From contig NC_082710.1 of the NCBI RefSeq assembly GCF_030144855.1, positions 171,988,001-172,052,000 on the forward strand: 64,000 nucleotides of DNA, read 5' to 3'. Made by a program: the position numbers and the translations under genes. This document shows, piece after piece, positions 1-11,880 of this stretch. This stretch comes from Hypanus sabinus. Lineage: Eukaryota. The notes beneath the pieces were generated by a model. That model was not told the origin of the DNA. It saw nothing but the letters and a program-made list of their open reading frames with translations, and did not search any database. Position 1 is the stretch's first letter. Each line of letters starts with the position of its first letter.

Positions 1-63
1 CAACTAATCCAACTAAACCGGTGCCTATACTGGAAGCCCCTCTTTCATTTGGAAATTAATACA

Positions 64-342
64 TTACAACTGCCGCACACTGACGGCCCCATACACGACA
101 TACTCTTCTTTCATTCCTGGCATCTTCATTGGCTTTGATAGAAGGTGTTCCTCACAATGATCCTGAAACCGAAGTTGGGAGTATACAACCCCACCTTCAT
201 CGCTTTCCGCGAGAGATACGGAACCCGTCACGCCTGGCTCTTTGTGCCGTATTCCAGGCTTCACTGATTTATGATCAATCTGATCCGGTGGAGGAAGGCT
301 GTTCAGGTGAGTGTGAAGTTCAGCCTGTGACTTGACCACTTC
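64..342 (-). CDS. Locus A terminal exon, cytoplasmic tail with ITIM VVYSQL and ITIM-like VVYGAV
   Basis: Acceptor ttaacttaag|GAA in phase 0, open to TAA at 64-66; frame and both tyrosine motifs conserved at 47814-48092. Confidence 0.85.
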   Translation of the reverse strand, partial: EVVKSQAELHTHLNSLPPPDQIDHKSVKPGIRHKEPGVTGSVSLAESDEGGVVYSQLRFQDHCEEHLLSKPMKMPGMKEEYVVYGAVSVRQL

Positions 343-3300
343 CTTAAGTTAAACAGACAACACAACAAGCCTGAGTAGCACAATGGCGAAAACCTCTACG
401 CGAGTGATCTTTCTAAAGTTCTAAACGTGGAAAGCGCTTTCTAAAAGGAAATAGTGAAGAATTTCTTCAGAGGGCGGCGAATCTATGGAATTCATTGCCA
501 CGGACACCTGTGGAAGCCAAGACTTTGGGCATTTTTAAAGAGGGGGTTTAAAAATAAGGGCGTCAAAGATCATTTAGAGAAGGCAGGAGAATGGGTATCA
601 GGGGACAAGTAAATTAGCCGTGAGTGAATATCAGAGCAGACTTCCTGAGCTGAATGGTCTAATTCTATTCCTATGACTTATGCCCCTAGGGGCTGGTCGA
701 ATTCAACACTTGCCAATAACTGCAGATATTCTTGCTGAAATTTGCTCGAAAGGGATCCATTGGGTATTCACCCAGCCGACAGGTTTGTTTTCTCTGCATT
801 CTATCTAACGTTTATGGTCTTGTAGTCTTAAGCCTGGAGGAATGTGTATTATGACGCGCTGTTGTCAGTTTCAGCTCAACTACTTATACTGCTCGACACC
901 CAATAGTTCCATAACCAGGCTTCCGCCGCAAGAATTGGCTCTTAATTATTTTGTGAATTCCAAACATTCAATGAAGATTGAACTCTACGCTGTTCCGCAT
1001 TGATTCAAAGCTGGAATCGCAGCATAGTATTGGACAGTTGGACTAAAAACCGAAAATGTAGGAAAACAAAAAAAAAACTCTACAGATCAGGTAGCATTTG
1101 TGGCAAGGGAAACAGTTAACAATTCATGCTGAAAACCCTTCACCGGGCATCAATATAAATAAAATGGAAAAATGCTACATACCCTACTGACGATTAGACT
1201 TCCAGATCTTTTATCTATGATACATTAAAAAAGAACAATTAGCTTTTTCTAATCGGGGAAAAGAGCACACACAGACAGAACGCCGACAATATGTATGTCA
1301 TAAATATTTTGAGAAGAATGTCTATTCTTTCAGATTGCTCCCACATTTCCAAACTTATTGATACTCTTTGTACTATATCTTAATGTATTACCGTGTGACC
1401 AAAAACAACCATAAAATCACACGACTAACACAATTAAATAGCCTTAGATTATTTTTTCTCGAATTTAGATAATGTGTCTCATTTTTTTTATTCCTTGGGA
1501 TACAATGTGGAAAAAGCCCTTCTGAGCCGCATCACTCGGTAGCCCCCGATTTCACCCTAGCCTATTCAGGGGATAATTTACAATGATCAATTAACCTATC
1601 TTTGCGCTTTGAAAAGAAACAGGAGCACCCGGAGGAAGTTTACGACGTCATGGGAAGAATGTACCAACTCCTTACAGGCAGCAACGGGAAATGAACCCGT
1701 GTCACCAGTACTGTAAAGCGTTGTGCTAACCACTACGTTAGCAGCAAGATATCCACGGAAGTGGAAAGTAACTTGTAATTTTGCTTTCTTTCCTGGCCTT
1801 GCAAACATTTTTACCTATACCTTTCAAAGACCAGAAGATAAGTAAGAGGTACACGAGAAACAAATATTTTATATATAAGACGCATTATTGCCCTGGCATA
1901 AGATTACAGGAGTATACGTGTTACAAAAATTCCTGTAAACCATTACAGGATAAATAATGATCGCAGAAAATTAGGCGTTTGTCCAATTATAAGATCCATT
2001 CCAATGCCAATAATAATTTGTCTCTAATCAAGACGTTAACGGAAAGAGACTCGTTTGCGGGGAGACAATTTGATAACGGTTATGTTAATAGACTTGCGTT
2101 TAGAATTCTGGATCATTGATTTAGAGAAGCGAGTAACGTATGAGATTATATCAATCTGGGATCTGAAATAAAAAGCCAAACAACAGCGAATCTACCGGAT
2201 TGTCATAAATACTCGTTTAAATTAGTAACGCTATGCACTGAAGGAAATGCTCCGTGCAAATCCAGTCTAGGTCTTAACTAATGCGCTTGATCCTTCAAAA
2301 GGCTGCACTTATCATTCAGGACCCCCATCAGCTCTTCTCATTCCTCCAACAGTGAGGGGGAACAGAAACCTGAATACTCACACTCAAAGTTTTCAGTACG
2401 AGTACCAGAATCAAGTTTGGTATCAGCGGCAAATGTCGTGAAACTTGTTGTCACGTGACAGCAGAACATTGCAATGCATATTAATTAAAACTGAATTACA
2501 AAAAAATGTATATCGTTATATATAGTTAAATTAAACAAGTTGTGAGACATTGTTCATGAGTTAACTGTCCATTCAGAAACCTGACGGCAGAGGGGGGTAC
2601 CTTTGGTTTGATAGATAGATAGGTAGAAAATACTGTATGCCAGTGATATAATACCTGATTCTGCTTATTATTCTGATACTTAATCACCTCCATATCCCAG
2701 GTCATTAGAGTTGGATAATAACAGATTCAGGGATATCACATCCCGTGAACCAAATGACCATGCCAAAGAAGTTGGATTTGGGACAAATACCTGGAGATCG
2801 ACAGCGGCGCAGAATATAAATGATCACAGCAAGCGCCAACGTGAGGAGTACAGCAGGCAAGGCGAAAAACCCAGGAAGATAGACATTCTTCTGAATGGTG
2901 TCCTCGTGCCCTGTGCAGAAACATTAGTTCATTCTTTACTGCTAAAAATACTTTCTTCGAACGTTTTGAAGAGACTTAACTCGTCGGGACAGCGCAGCCT
3001 CGAGATGGTGAGAAGGTAGACGGAACATCAAGTGGTTATTTTTAAATATTGCCCTTCATGTGTTGTTTACTTCTACAGCACTGGTTGTTATCTGCCAATA
3101 ATCGACATACCACACAGGATCAAGATGGTGAGTATACACACTACTGAGGATGATGTGTTTTCTCGTTAAATGTAAGTTTATTTTTAGATTGCAAATGTCA
3201 CTATGTCCTTTGCTCTTTGATCATCAGTGCCCGGCTAGACCTCGCGTTCATCGGGCTCACTCTACACAATGTGCGTTTAAATCTCTGACGAGAAAGCGGC

Positions 3301-6300
3301 TAGTAGTTTGTGATTCATTGTTGCAAACCTGGATAAGTACACCTTTGTAGCAGTACCTAATGTAGTTCCTCATTTGACCCTAAATTCCCCTCGGATGCAC
3401 ATCTCATATCGAATTGACTGCTACAACGACAGTAACATTTTTCTAGCAAGAGATCTCCTCTGCAGTCTACAGCCCAGTCCATCACAGGGAAAGCCCTCCG
3501 CAACATTGAACTTATCTACAAGGATCGCTGTCACAAGAAATCAGAATACTTCATCAAGGACCCCACCATCCAGATCATACTCTCTTCTCGTTCTTCCGAT
3601 CGGGAAAGATGTACAGCAGCCTTAATTCCCACGCTAGCAGGTTCTGGAACAGTTATTACCCTTCAATCATGAGGCTCCTGGAAAACCGTGGATAACTTTA
3701 CTGACATAAACAGAGAACTAATTTCACAGCCTATGGACTCACTTACAAGGACCCTACTACTCATGTTGTTCATTTTTATTTGTCTATCTTTCCGTCTATT
3801 TATTTATTTGCTTGTTTGTATATTTCCCTGTCTATTTATTTACTGTAACGCTGTTTATTATTGTTGTTGTTGTTTTTGCATAGTTTTTCTTCCTTTGCAT
3901 ATTACTTGTTTCTCAGACTTTGTGTGTAGAATTTTCATTGAATCTATTGTAATTCTTTGTTTTACAGTGAATACCTGCAAGAAAGTAAATTCAGGTAGTA
4001 TACGGTGACATATGGGGAACCGATCGGATCGGGTCCGTTTTATGCCTGGTCCACGTTATTTCTTCTCGCTTATCTGTAGTGGAAAATGAAATCCCGCCAA
4101 GTAATGGGTGTCACAGTTTGGGACTTGGTGTAGTCCCGGGTTAAAATTCCGTCTGAGGCTGTCAAGCCACATTTGCCTGTAATTAGTATTTAAGTTAGAA
4201 GCATCAGCGACAGGTGTAAATTTCCATTGAATCATAAAGATACCACATCCGTCAATCCTCTATAGCCTTCTTTTTAATTTAGGGGAAACTGGGGGGGGGG
4301 GGGATGTGGTTGGTGAGAGCGGGAAGATTGAGCCGGTAGGTTAGGTAATGCAGACTTACATTTCACTGTGATTTCTGTCCCGGTTCCAAAAGCAGTTTCA
4401 GCGTTGAAAATCCGAATTCTGCAGTAATATTTCCCGCTTTCATTTAGTTTCAGATCATGGATGGTTATGGACGCCCATTCCCACGGAAAGCCTTCAGAAT
4501 AACTTTTCAGATGACAGCCATTATATGCTGCGCTTTTGTTGCAAAGTAAAGCACTTTCCTCGTCTTTGTACCAATCGATAGTATAAAGTGGTTTTTCTCC
4601 TTTTTGTGTTAACTTCCAGCAGAAGGAACAGTTCAGTTGCACCAAGCCACCTTCGGTAACAGTGACCCGCGGGGGCGTTTGCATGATTGTTAATCTTACT
4701 CCAGCAACTCCTGTAACAATAAACAGTCTCCTTAATGACATTGCCACAACTTGATGATGCATATTTTGCTATAAACTGCTTGAAGTTCTACCCTCAAACA
4801 GGGAAAAAACCTGCAGATGCAGGAATTCAAACACACACAGGAGGAACTCAGCAGGCAAGACAGCATCTATGGAAAAGTGTACATTCTGGAGTCAAGAGTG
4901 CTGACTGGACTGCTGAGTTCCTCCAGCATTTTGTGTGTGATGCCTGAAGCTCTACCCTGTTTCCAACTTCAATTTCAAGTTCAAGTTTATTGTCATTCAA
5001 CTGTACACACGTATACCGCTAAATGAAACAACGTTCCTCTGGAAACAAGGTGCGAAATCACATATTGTAAATCACATAGTGCATATCACATGCAGTGTAA
5101 ATATTAGATTAACGCAATAGCATTAACAGATAATAAAATATCGACATATTTCATTATCTCGACATAACTCGACATTACGTGGATCTATGACATACCGTTA
5201 ATATACAACAGAATACCGTTCCTGGCGCTTTCGTAGATAACGTGTGCTGGGTGGTAGCAGAGTTTTCAGGAGTCCCCCAGCCGGGGGAAAGAAGTGGTCA
5301 CCAAGCGAATGCTCCCTCACTTGTTCTGATCGAGTCCGTCCTCAAAAGCAGTGGTAAGGCTCTGTGATAATGCCTCTTCATTGACTGACTGACACGCTGC
5401 TCTCCCTTGTTTCGCAGCCGCTAGTTTGATTTTTTGTCATGATTAACTCATATTGCTCCTTCTGAAACCGAGATATTTATTGACTATTTTCAAACTAAAT
5501 CGCCTTCACCATAATACTTCACCGAAGAATCTACGTCACAGAGTCAGCGGTGCCAAAAGGCGACATAGTCGCATTTAATAGAGCTGTTGCCTGACAACTA
5601 CAGCGACGCGGGTTCGATCGTGCCTGTCTGTGAGAAGTTTCTACTTTCTCCCTGTAATCGTGCCGATCTCGTCCCACATCCCAAAGGCGTTCCGGTCGGC
5701 TAATTATTCTCTGTGAATTGATCCTAGTTTAGTCGGACGGCAGTAGTATCAAAGAGAGCTGGTGGGCTTGTGAAGGAGAATCGGTGAAGTGGGAGAATGG
5801 AACTAAAGGCTAAGAACGGGCTTCTTACTAAGCGAAGCACCAACGGATTCGGCCACGATTTCAAGCTGCGGGGAAATATATCTGGCGATAAGTTTATGTA
5901 AATTTAGTTCATACATTTGCTGATGAAAGACCGTGATCACAGCGAGAGATTTTTCTCCAATTGATTGACTGAATTGACTCCAATGCTGTCGCTTGCGAAC
6001 TGAACTGGATGAGTCAGGATGTGCGAATTTCTCGTCACTAGTGCATTTCGGTAGGAATGCCAGATCACTCGAGGAGACTTGGTGCAAACGTTGGATGCAC
6101 AGCGTTTATCAACACAGAACGACACGGGTAATTGTTGGCCGGAGGGTTGCTGCCTGCATATATTTCCTTTACTACACAGAAAGAAGCCAGTGTCTGCATT
6201 CCTTCCCTCATCTCAGATTACTAGTTCCATGCCCATTTATTCTGTTGCAAAAGATTGAGTTTTGTATGTAATAAACACGTAAGCACCAAAAGGAGTAGAA

Positions 6301-6530
6301 AGGTGCGCGGAGGGATCACCTAACTGAATTTCGATCGCTAGTCAGAATTGATCTGATGGCATGACTGAATCACCCATCCCTTTTCCAATTTTCAGTGCGC
6401 CCGCGCGCTCGTGTCTGTGTGCGTCTGTCTGAGTGTGTGTGTGTGTGTGTGTCTCCGTGTATTCGTAAGTGTCTGTATGTTACCTACCAGACAATAACAG
6501 CAATGCCCAAACGACCTCCTCCCTCAGCAT
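64..6530 (-). CDS. Locus A: single-V (VJ-type) IgSF inhibitory receptor, NKp30/CD28/PD-1-family-like; join(6488-6530,4360-4710,2791-2910,1676-1710,64-342), 275 aa predicted
   Basis: Five exons with GT-AG sites and matching phases (1,1,1,0) join into one 828-nt ORF: signal peptide, Ig V domain, TM, and tail with VVYSQL and VVYGAV. The family assignment is by motif recognition, not database search. Confidence 0.82.
440..690 (+). mobile_element. CR1 LINE 3-prime fragment (intron of locus A; copy near 48170-48420)
   Basis: Degenerate CR1 3-prime end sequence (aatctatggaattcattgcc, gtggaagcc, ctgaatggtctaattct). Confidence 0.6.
1676..1710 (-). CDS. Locus A 35-nt cytoplasmic exon (VLVTRVHFPLLP)
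   Basis: Acceptor gctttacag| with upstream ctaac, donor CCT|gtaagg. Supplies the phase 1-to-0 bridge needed between the TM and tail exons; same size and sites at 49424-49458. Confidence 0.6.
2791..2910 (-). CDS. Locus A transmembrane exon (HEDTIQKNVYLPGFFALPAVLLTLALAVIIYILRRCRSP)
   Basis: 120 nt, acceptor ttctgcacag|, donor G|gtattt, phase 1-1. About 22-aa uncharged hydrophobic run followed by the basic RRCR. Confidence 0.88.
3380..4015 (+). mobile_element. Rex1/Babar-like LINE 3-prime fragment (copies near 51110-51730 and 54900-55550)
   Basis: Degenerate RT C-terminal sequence (cccaccatccagatcatactctcttctc) followed by a T-rich 3-prime UTR. Confidence 0.6.
4360..4710 (-). CDS. Locus A Ig V exon with J-like end (FGTGTEITVK)
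   Basis: 351 nt, acceptor ttgttacag|, donor T|gtaagt, phase 1-1. Motifs: VTEG..LNCSF, IDWYK, ESGKYYC, FGxGT. Confidence 0.93.
4795..4960. mobile_element. Short non-autonomous Penelope-terminus-derived element with inverted ends (copies near 52515-52665 and 56335-56480)
   Basis: ggaggaactcagcagg ... ctgctgagttcctcc inverted repeat; resembles the Penelope termini at 14.2, 15.8 and 20.7 kb. Confidence 0.6.
5559..5805 (+). mobile_element. tRNA-derived SINE (copies near 57100-57345 and, truncated, 53655-53797)
   Basis: B-box-like gggttcgatc followed by a typical chondrichthyan SINE body. Confidence 0.6.
6431..6452. repeat. (GT)n microsatellite in intron 1
   Basis: Direct inspection; interrupted in the 57960-58000 copy. 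Confidence 0.85.
6488..6530 (-). CDS. Locus A leader exon, MLREEVVWALLLLS(G)
   Basis: ATG in accATG context, hydrophobic core, strong donor G|gtaggt in phase 1; identical exon at 58039-58081. Confidence 0.85.
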
Positions 6531-7417
6531 GGTACAATGGCCCCCATGTGCAAGAAAGCAGAAGTAATTTTTCAACCCTTTGTTGGACAACTATTCAAAT
6601 TATTCAATTTCGCCACCTTTCTATCCTTCCGGTTGGAGGTGATGGAATTTGGGAAGAATAATGCACCATTTACTTCAAACAGCAGAGGTAAATAATTCTG
6701 CTTCGTTTAATATAAGCTATGGTGGTCATTGCAATCCTGCAGCCACCACCTCCGATCCAGAAGGAGAGTTTGGTTATAAGATTATAAGCCATAGGAACAG
6801 ATTTAGGACAATCGGCCCATCGAGCCCACTCCGCCATTCAATCATGGCTGATTTATTATCTGGCAGCCCCAATCTCCTGCTTTTCCCCCATAATCTATAA
6901 CAGCCTTACTAACCAAGAAACGATAAACCTCTGCTTTAAACATACCAAATGACTTGGCCTCCACAACCGCCTGTGGCAATGAAATCCACAGATTCACCAC
7001 CCGCTAAAGAAATTCCTTTTCATCTCTGATCTAAAGGTACGTCTTTCTATTCTGAGAACTTATCGTCAGAGTGGATGGATTACAGCCTCGGTTACCACGG
7101 CGAATACATAAATAACATTCCGAAAGGCAAACTGTGGAATTATCTGCGCACGTCTAAGTAAGATTTAACATATTTACTGTGATATTTTTGCACTTAATTC
7201 AAAGCATAACAATTGACAAGATTCACTGCTAAGCAGATTCTGACGTGAACACCAGAGTAACAGAAACACTGGTAATAAATATTTCAAATCCAATTGCCCG
7301 TGTTTCATTGCAATATTCACCTCTGGTCTGGAAGGTTGCATCGAATTACATTCCAACCGCCATTCGATCTCCGGCACACGATACTGACCAGTGAATGATA
7401 TTCAAGGTTCTGATAAG

Positions 7418-7800
7418 AAGTCTTGTGAGTCATATCCGGTTCCATTTAACCATATAACCAATACAGCACGGAAACAGGCCACCTCGGCACTTCTAGTCCG
7501 TGCCGAATGCTTACTCTCACCTAGTCCCACTGGCCCACTCTCAGCCCATAACCCTCCTTCCCTTTCCTGTCCATATACCTATCCAATTTTACTTTAAATG
7601 ACAATACCGAACCTGCCTCTACCACTTCTACTGGAAGCTCTTTCCACACAGCAACCACTCTCTGAGTAAAGAAATTCCCCCTCGTGTTACCCTTAAACTT
7701 TTGCCCCCTAACTCTCAACTCATGTCCTCTTGTTTGAATATCCCCTTCTCTCAATGGAAAAAGCCTGTCAACGTCAACTCTATCTATCCCCCTCATAACT
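7418..7800 (-). mobile_element. CR1 LINE 3-prime end (copy at about 58968-59350)
   Basis: ORF MRGIDRVDVDRLFPL...FFTQRVVAVW...KLDRYMD plus 3-prime tail. Confidence 0.9.
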
Positions 7801-8109
7801 TTAATTTTTAACTCAGTCTACTTTTTAAAAAAAAAACAAGGAAATCAAGTCCTGGCCCATTAAGTAGACTTCAAAGTTCAAATTAACATTATTATCACCA
7901 TACATATCTGTCACTATATCCTGAGATTCATTTCCTTGCAGGATTCACAGTATAACAGAGAAAAGCAAAAGGATCAGTAAAACTACACACGAAGAAAGAC
8001 TGGAGAACAATGGACACAAGCATTTGCAAACTTGAAGTCCTTCTGGTATGCATCTTCTACATTTGAATATATTTTAAAATGTATAGTAACAGAGAATTTT
8101 CCTCATTAC

Positions 8110-9420
8110 TCGGATCAAACTAAACGACTACTGCTTGATGGAAGTGACACCAATCATCATGAAAGCTTCACGACGGTGTATTGGCACAAGTCAAGAAGAC
8201 CCCATGTCTGCCACGTTGGACACTCACCAATATGCTTACCGGTTGCACGACTATACGACAGATGCCACAGCAGCTGTCTTGCACCTGCCCCTGAAATACC
8301 TGGAAAACAATACTGCTTCTAGATCTCATTTCGGCATCCAACATTATTAGTCCACGGACCTTGGTGAACAAATTCCTTCTTTTCCATTTAATTACACCAC
8401 TGTTCAACTAGGCATTGATCTTCCTAACCCACAGACTTCGGAGAGCTTGGATCCGCAACCACACTACTCTCTCCACCATCCGCATCATGGATGCTCTCCA
8501 GGGCCGTGCTGAGCCCATTGCATTACCGTTTGTTCACAATAACTGCACGGACAAACACCGAAGCAATCACATTGTCAAGTTCCCTATGACATGACAATAG
8601 TGGGGCTCATTACCAAAAATGATTCGATGGCCTGCGTTCAGGAGGTGGAAGAGCTAGAGGATGGTACCAAGCACGTAGTCTTTTCATCAAAGTTAACAAG
8701 ACAGAGAAGATGCTTATGGACTTCAGGAGAACTTGCACCACTTACACTCCACTTTAAATAAGCGACACAGGAGTGGAATCTGCGAGTAGTTTCAAACTCC
8801 TGAAAGTGCACATCTCACACAAACCCTTATGGTCCCAGAACACATTTCACACAATCAAGAAAGCTCACCAATGCCAATACTTTTTGAGGTGGCTGAAGAA
8901 AGCTGGACTATGTACATCCATGTTCACGTCATTTTACAGATGCGCAGGAGAGAGCTTCGTAACATAATGCATCTCTGCATGGCACGTAAATTGGCATAGG
9001 AAGGCTCTACAACGGGTAGTCAAAACTGCCGAACGCATCACCAGCATAAGCCTACTCGCTTCAAAGAGGAATATACAGAAATGTGCTGGGAAAAGGCTAA
9101 TAACACCATTAACGGTTCTACCAGCTCTACACATGGACTGTTTGTCCCCTCCAGTATGGAGGAGACTATGAAGCATCCACACCAGGACTACCGGACTCAT
9201 GACCAATTATTTTTTCCCAAGCAATAAAGCTGATCAACACCTCCACCAACTAACTTAACCCACCACTACTTTAGCATTTCCTGTCAGTCACCTTATGTAC
9301 AGACACTACTGTGCCGATTGTCACTTTATGGATACACACTCATTTTATGCGTTTAATCTATCTTATGTATTTATATTTATTGTGCTTTTTTATTGTGTTC
9401 TTTATCTTATTGTGCTTTTT
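8110..9420 (+). mobile_element. Degenerate Rex1/Babar-like LINE RT (copy 59680-60524, truncated)
   Basis: Remnants such as KTEKMLMDFRR, ESASSFKLLKVHIS and KKAHQCQYFLRWLKK. Confidence 0.75.
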
Positions 9421-10227
9421 GTGCTGCATCAGATCCAAGCAATTTTCAATCTTGAAATGGATCAGTCCTAACCATTAGCGGATTTTTTCAGGACTCAAGT
9501 TTAATATGTAATCATTATTAGCTGCATTAGAAATCGATACGTAAGAACAGTGAGGGTTATTGATAAGTTTCACATTTCGGCTGCTCTGCAAAACTTCCTG
9601 TGCTCAAATAGCAAGACCTAGATAACATTTATTGCTTCAAATGAGGATGCTTGCAAATAGCAAGTTATTCACGTTGCTGATAATTATAAATGGACCAGTA
9701 GAGCAGTAATTGACTGAGGTGGATTGGCTTTCCATTTTCCGGGCAGTGGACCCGGGACACGTTAGCATTTGAGCAGCTCTGCCAGTGCTTTGCATATTCT
9801 GAAACGGCTTGACTTGCACCACTGTTAATTAGAAGCATAGGATTCCTCGATTAATAACAGATACAATGTAGTGCTGCATAGAGTTTTGCCACTCTAATTG
9901 CCCCTTGAACCTGTGTGTTCAGTTGTGAATTCTAAGGTTTATTTGAACATCAGTGTTTCATAATACTGTTATTTAAATGTTTTCAATGTTTTTGTTTTGA
10001 TCCACAGATATCACTTCCCTCGAGTAACCCTCCTCCTTCCCTTTTTCTCATGGTTCATCGTCTCCTCATATCAAATTCCTTCTTCTGCTCTTTATCTTTT
10101 CCAACTAACACCCGCCACTTTTCACTTCATCCCCCATTCCTCACCCAACTACCTTCCCTCTCAGAAGGCTTCAACTGTGACCTTCTTTCTTGAACTCTTT
10201 CCCCTATTCCCCCCTCCCATTCTGACT

Positions 10228-11880
10228 TAGACCAGAAGACCATAATACATAGGACGAGAATCATGGCTGATCCTTTTGTTTATCCTCCTCAACCCATTTT
10301 CCTGGCATTCTGCACGTAACCTTTGATGCCATGTCCAATCACGAATCTATCGATCTCTGCCTTAAATACCCAGCGATCTGGCCTCTACAGCAGTACGTGG
10401 CAACATATTCCACAAATTCATCACCATCTGGCTAAAGAAATTTCTCCGGTCCTGTTTTGAATAGACACCCTTCTATCCTGAGATTTTGCCCTCTTGTCCT
10501 AGACTCCCCCACCTCGGGAAACATCCTTTCCACATCTACTCTACATCCACGTCTAGTCATTTCAACATTCGGAAGGATACAATTAGATTTCCCCACCCCC
10601 ATCCTAAATTCCAGCGAGTACAGACCCAGAGCCATCAAACGTTCCTCGTATGATAACCGTTTAATTCCCAAAATTATCCTTGTGAACTTCCTGGACCCTC
10701 CACAATGCCAGCATTTCTCCTCTGCGATGTGGAGCCCACAACTTTTCACAATACTGTAGTTGAGGCCTCACCAGAGCCTGATAAAGCCTCGGCATCTGAT
10801 GACTGCTCTTGTTTTTTAGATCTCTTGAAATGAATGCAAACATTGCATTTGACTTCCTCACCACCGACACAACCTGAAAGTTAACTTTTAGAGTGTTCTG
10901 CAAAAGGAATCCCAAGTCCCTTTGCACCTGAGATTTTTGAATTTTCTCCCCATTTAGAAAATAGTCTGCACATTTATTTCTACTACCAAAGTACATGACC
11001 AAGCATTTTCCAGCATGATATTTCATTTGCCACTTTCTTGCCATTCTCTAAATCTATCTAAGTCCTTCTGCATCTTACTTGTTTCCTCAACACTACCTGA
11101 CCCTCCACCAATCTTCGTATCATCTGCAAAAATGTCAACAAATCCATCTATTTCATCATCTAAATCATTTATTTATGGCATAAGAAGAAGTGGTCCCAAC
11201 ATTGACCCCTGCGGAACACCACTAGTCACTGGCAGGCAACCAAACAAGGATCCTTTTCTTCCCATTCGCTGCCTTCTTCCAATGGTCTAACCATTTTAGC
11301 ACATTTTCCGCAATATCAGCTGCCTCATCTGTGGCAGCTTGTCAAAGGCCTTCTGAAAGTCGGAATATACAACATCCTCTACATCTCCGTCATCCATCCT
11401 ACCTCTAATCTACTCACCGAATTCCAAAAGATTCATCAGGCAGGATATTATCTGACAGAAACCATGCTGACTTTGTCCTATCTTCTCTGGTGTCAGCAAG
11501 TACTCCATCACCTCGACCTTAACAAATGATTCCAACATCTTCCCAACCACTGAAGTCAGGCTAACTGGTCTACAATTTCCTTTCTGCTGCCTTCCTCCTT
11601 TCCTAAAGAGTGGAGTGACATTTGCAATTTTCTAGTCATCTGGCACCATGCCAGAGTCTAATTGTTTTGAAAGATCATTGTTGATGCCCTTACAATCTCT
11701 AACGCTATGTCTTTCAGAACCCTAGGGCGTAGTTCATCTGGTCCCGGTGGCTTATGTACTTTTAAGTCTTTCGTTTCGGAGCACATTTTCACTTATAGTA
11801 GTAATTGCACCCATTTCTCTTCCTTCACACACTACAACATCTGGCACACTGTTAGTGTTTTCCACAGTGAAGACTGATGC
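10228..11880 (-). mobile_element. 5-prime-truncated CR1 LINE, ORF2 RT fragments
   Basis: ORFs 10661-11044 and 10432-10749 give CR1 RT C-terminal peptides (WQMKYHAGKC, YQALVRPQLQYC). Confidence 0.88.

Larger units (their letters stand above)
1..9063. repeat. Segmental duplication, copy 1 (pairs with 47751-60524)
   Basis: Position 1 caactaatcc matches 47751; similarity continues through the receptor gene, the CR1 end and the Rex1-like element to cctactcgcttca. Confidence 0.92.

Noticed and set aside
1596-1808. 70-aa minus-strand ORF conserved at 49344-49556
   Set aside because: It is in a different frame from the 35-nt exon, changes are mostly non-synonymous, and no phase-compatible strong splice sites were found; conservation is explained by duplication.
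2711-3019. 102-aa plus-strand ORF (also 50456-50722)
   Set aside because: Antisense shadow of the TM exon; no recognisable domain.
4364-4370. RSS-like heptamer CACAGTG at the end of each V exon
   Set aside because: It is simply the Ile-Thr-Val codons; there is no nonamer at 12 or 23 nt, and V and J-like parts are already joined in one exon.
5803-6087. 94-aa ORF conserved at 57334-57618
   Set aside because: Intronic; identity reflects the recent segmental duplication, and there is no domain or splice support.
9637-9824. Possible Ig-like exon start (VVQVKP...G...LTC) after a good acceptor
   Set aside because: It lacks the C-strand Trp and second Cys motif and ends in a stop with no donor.
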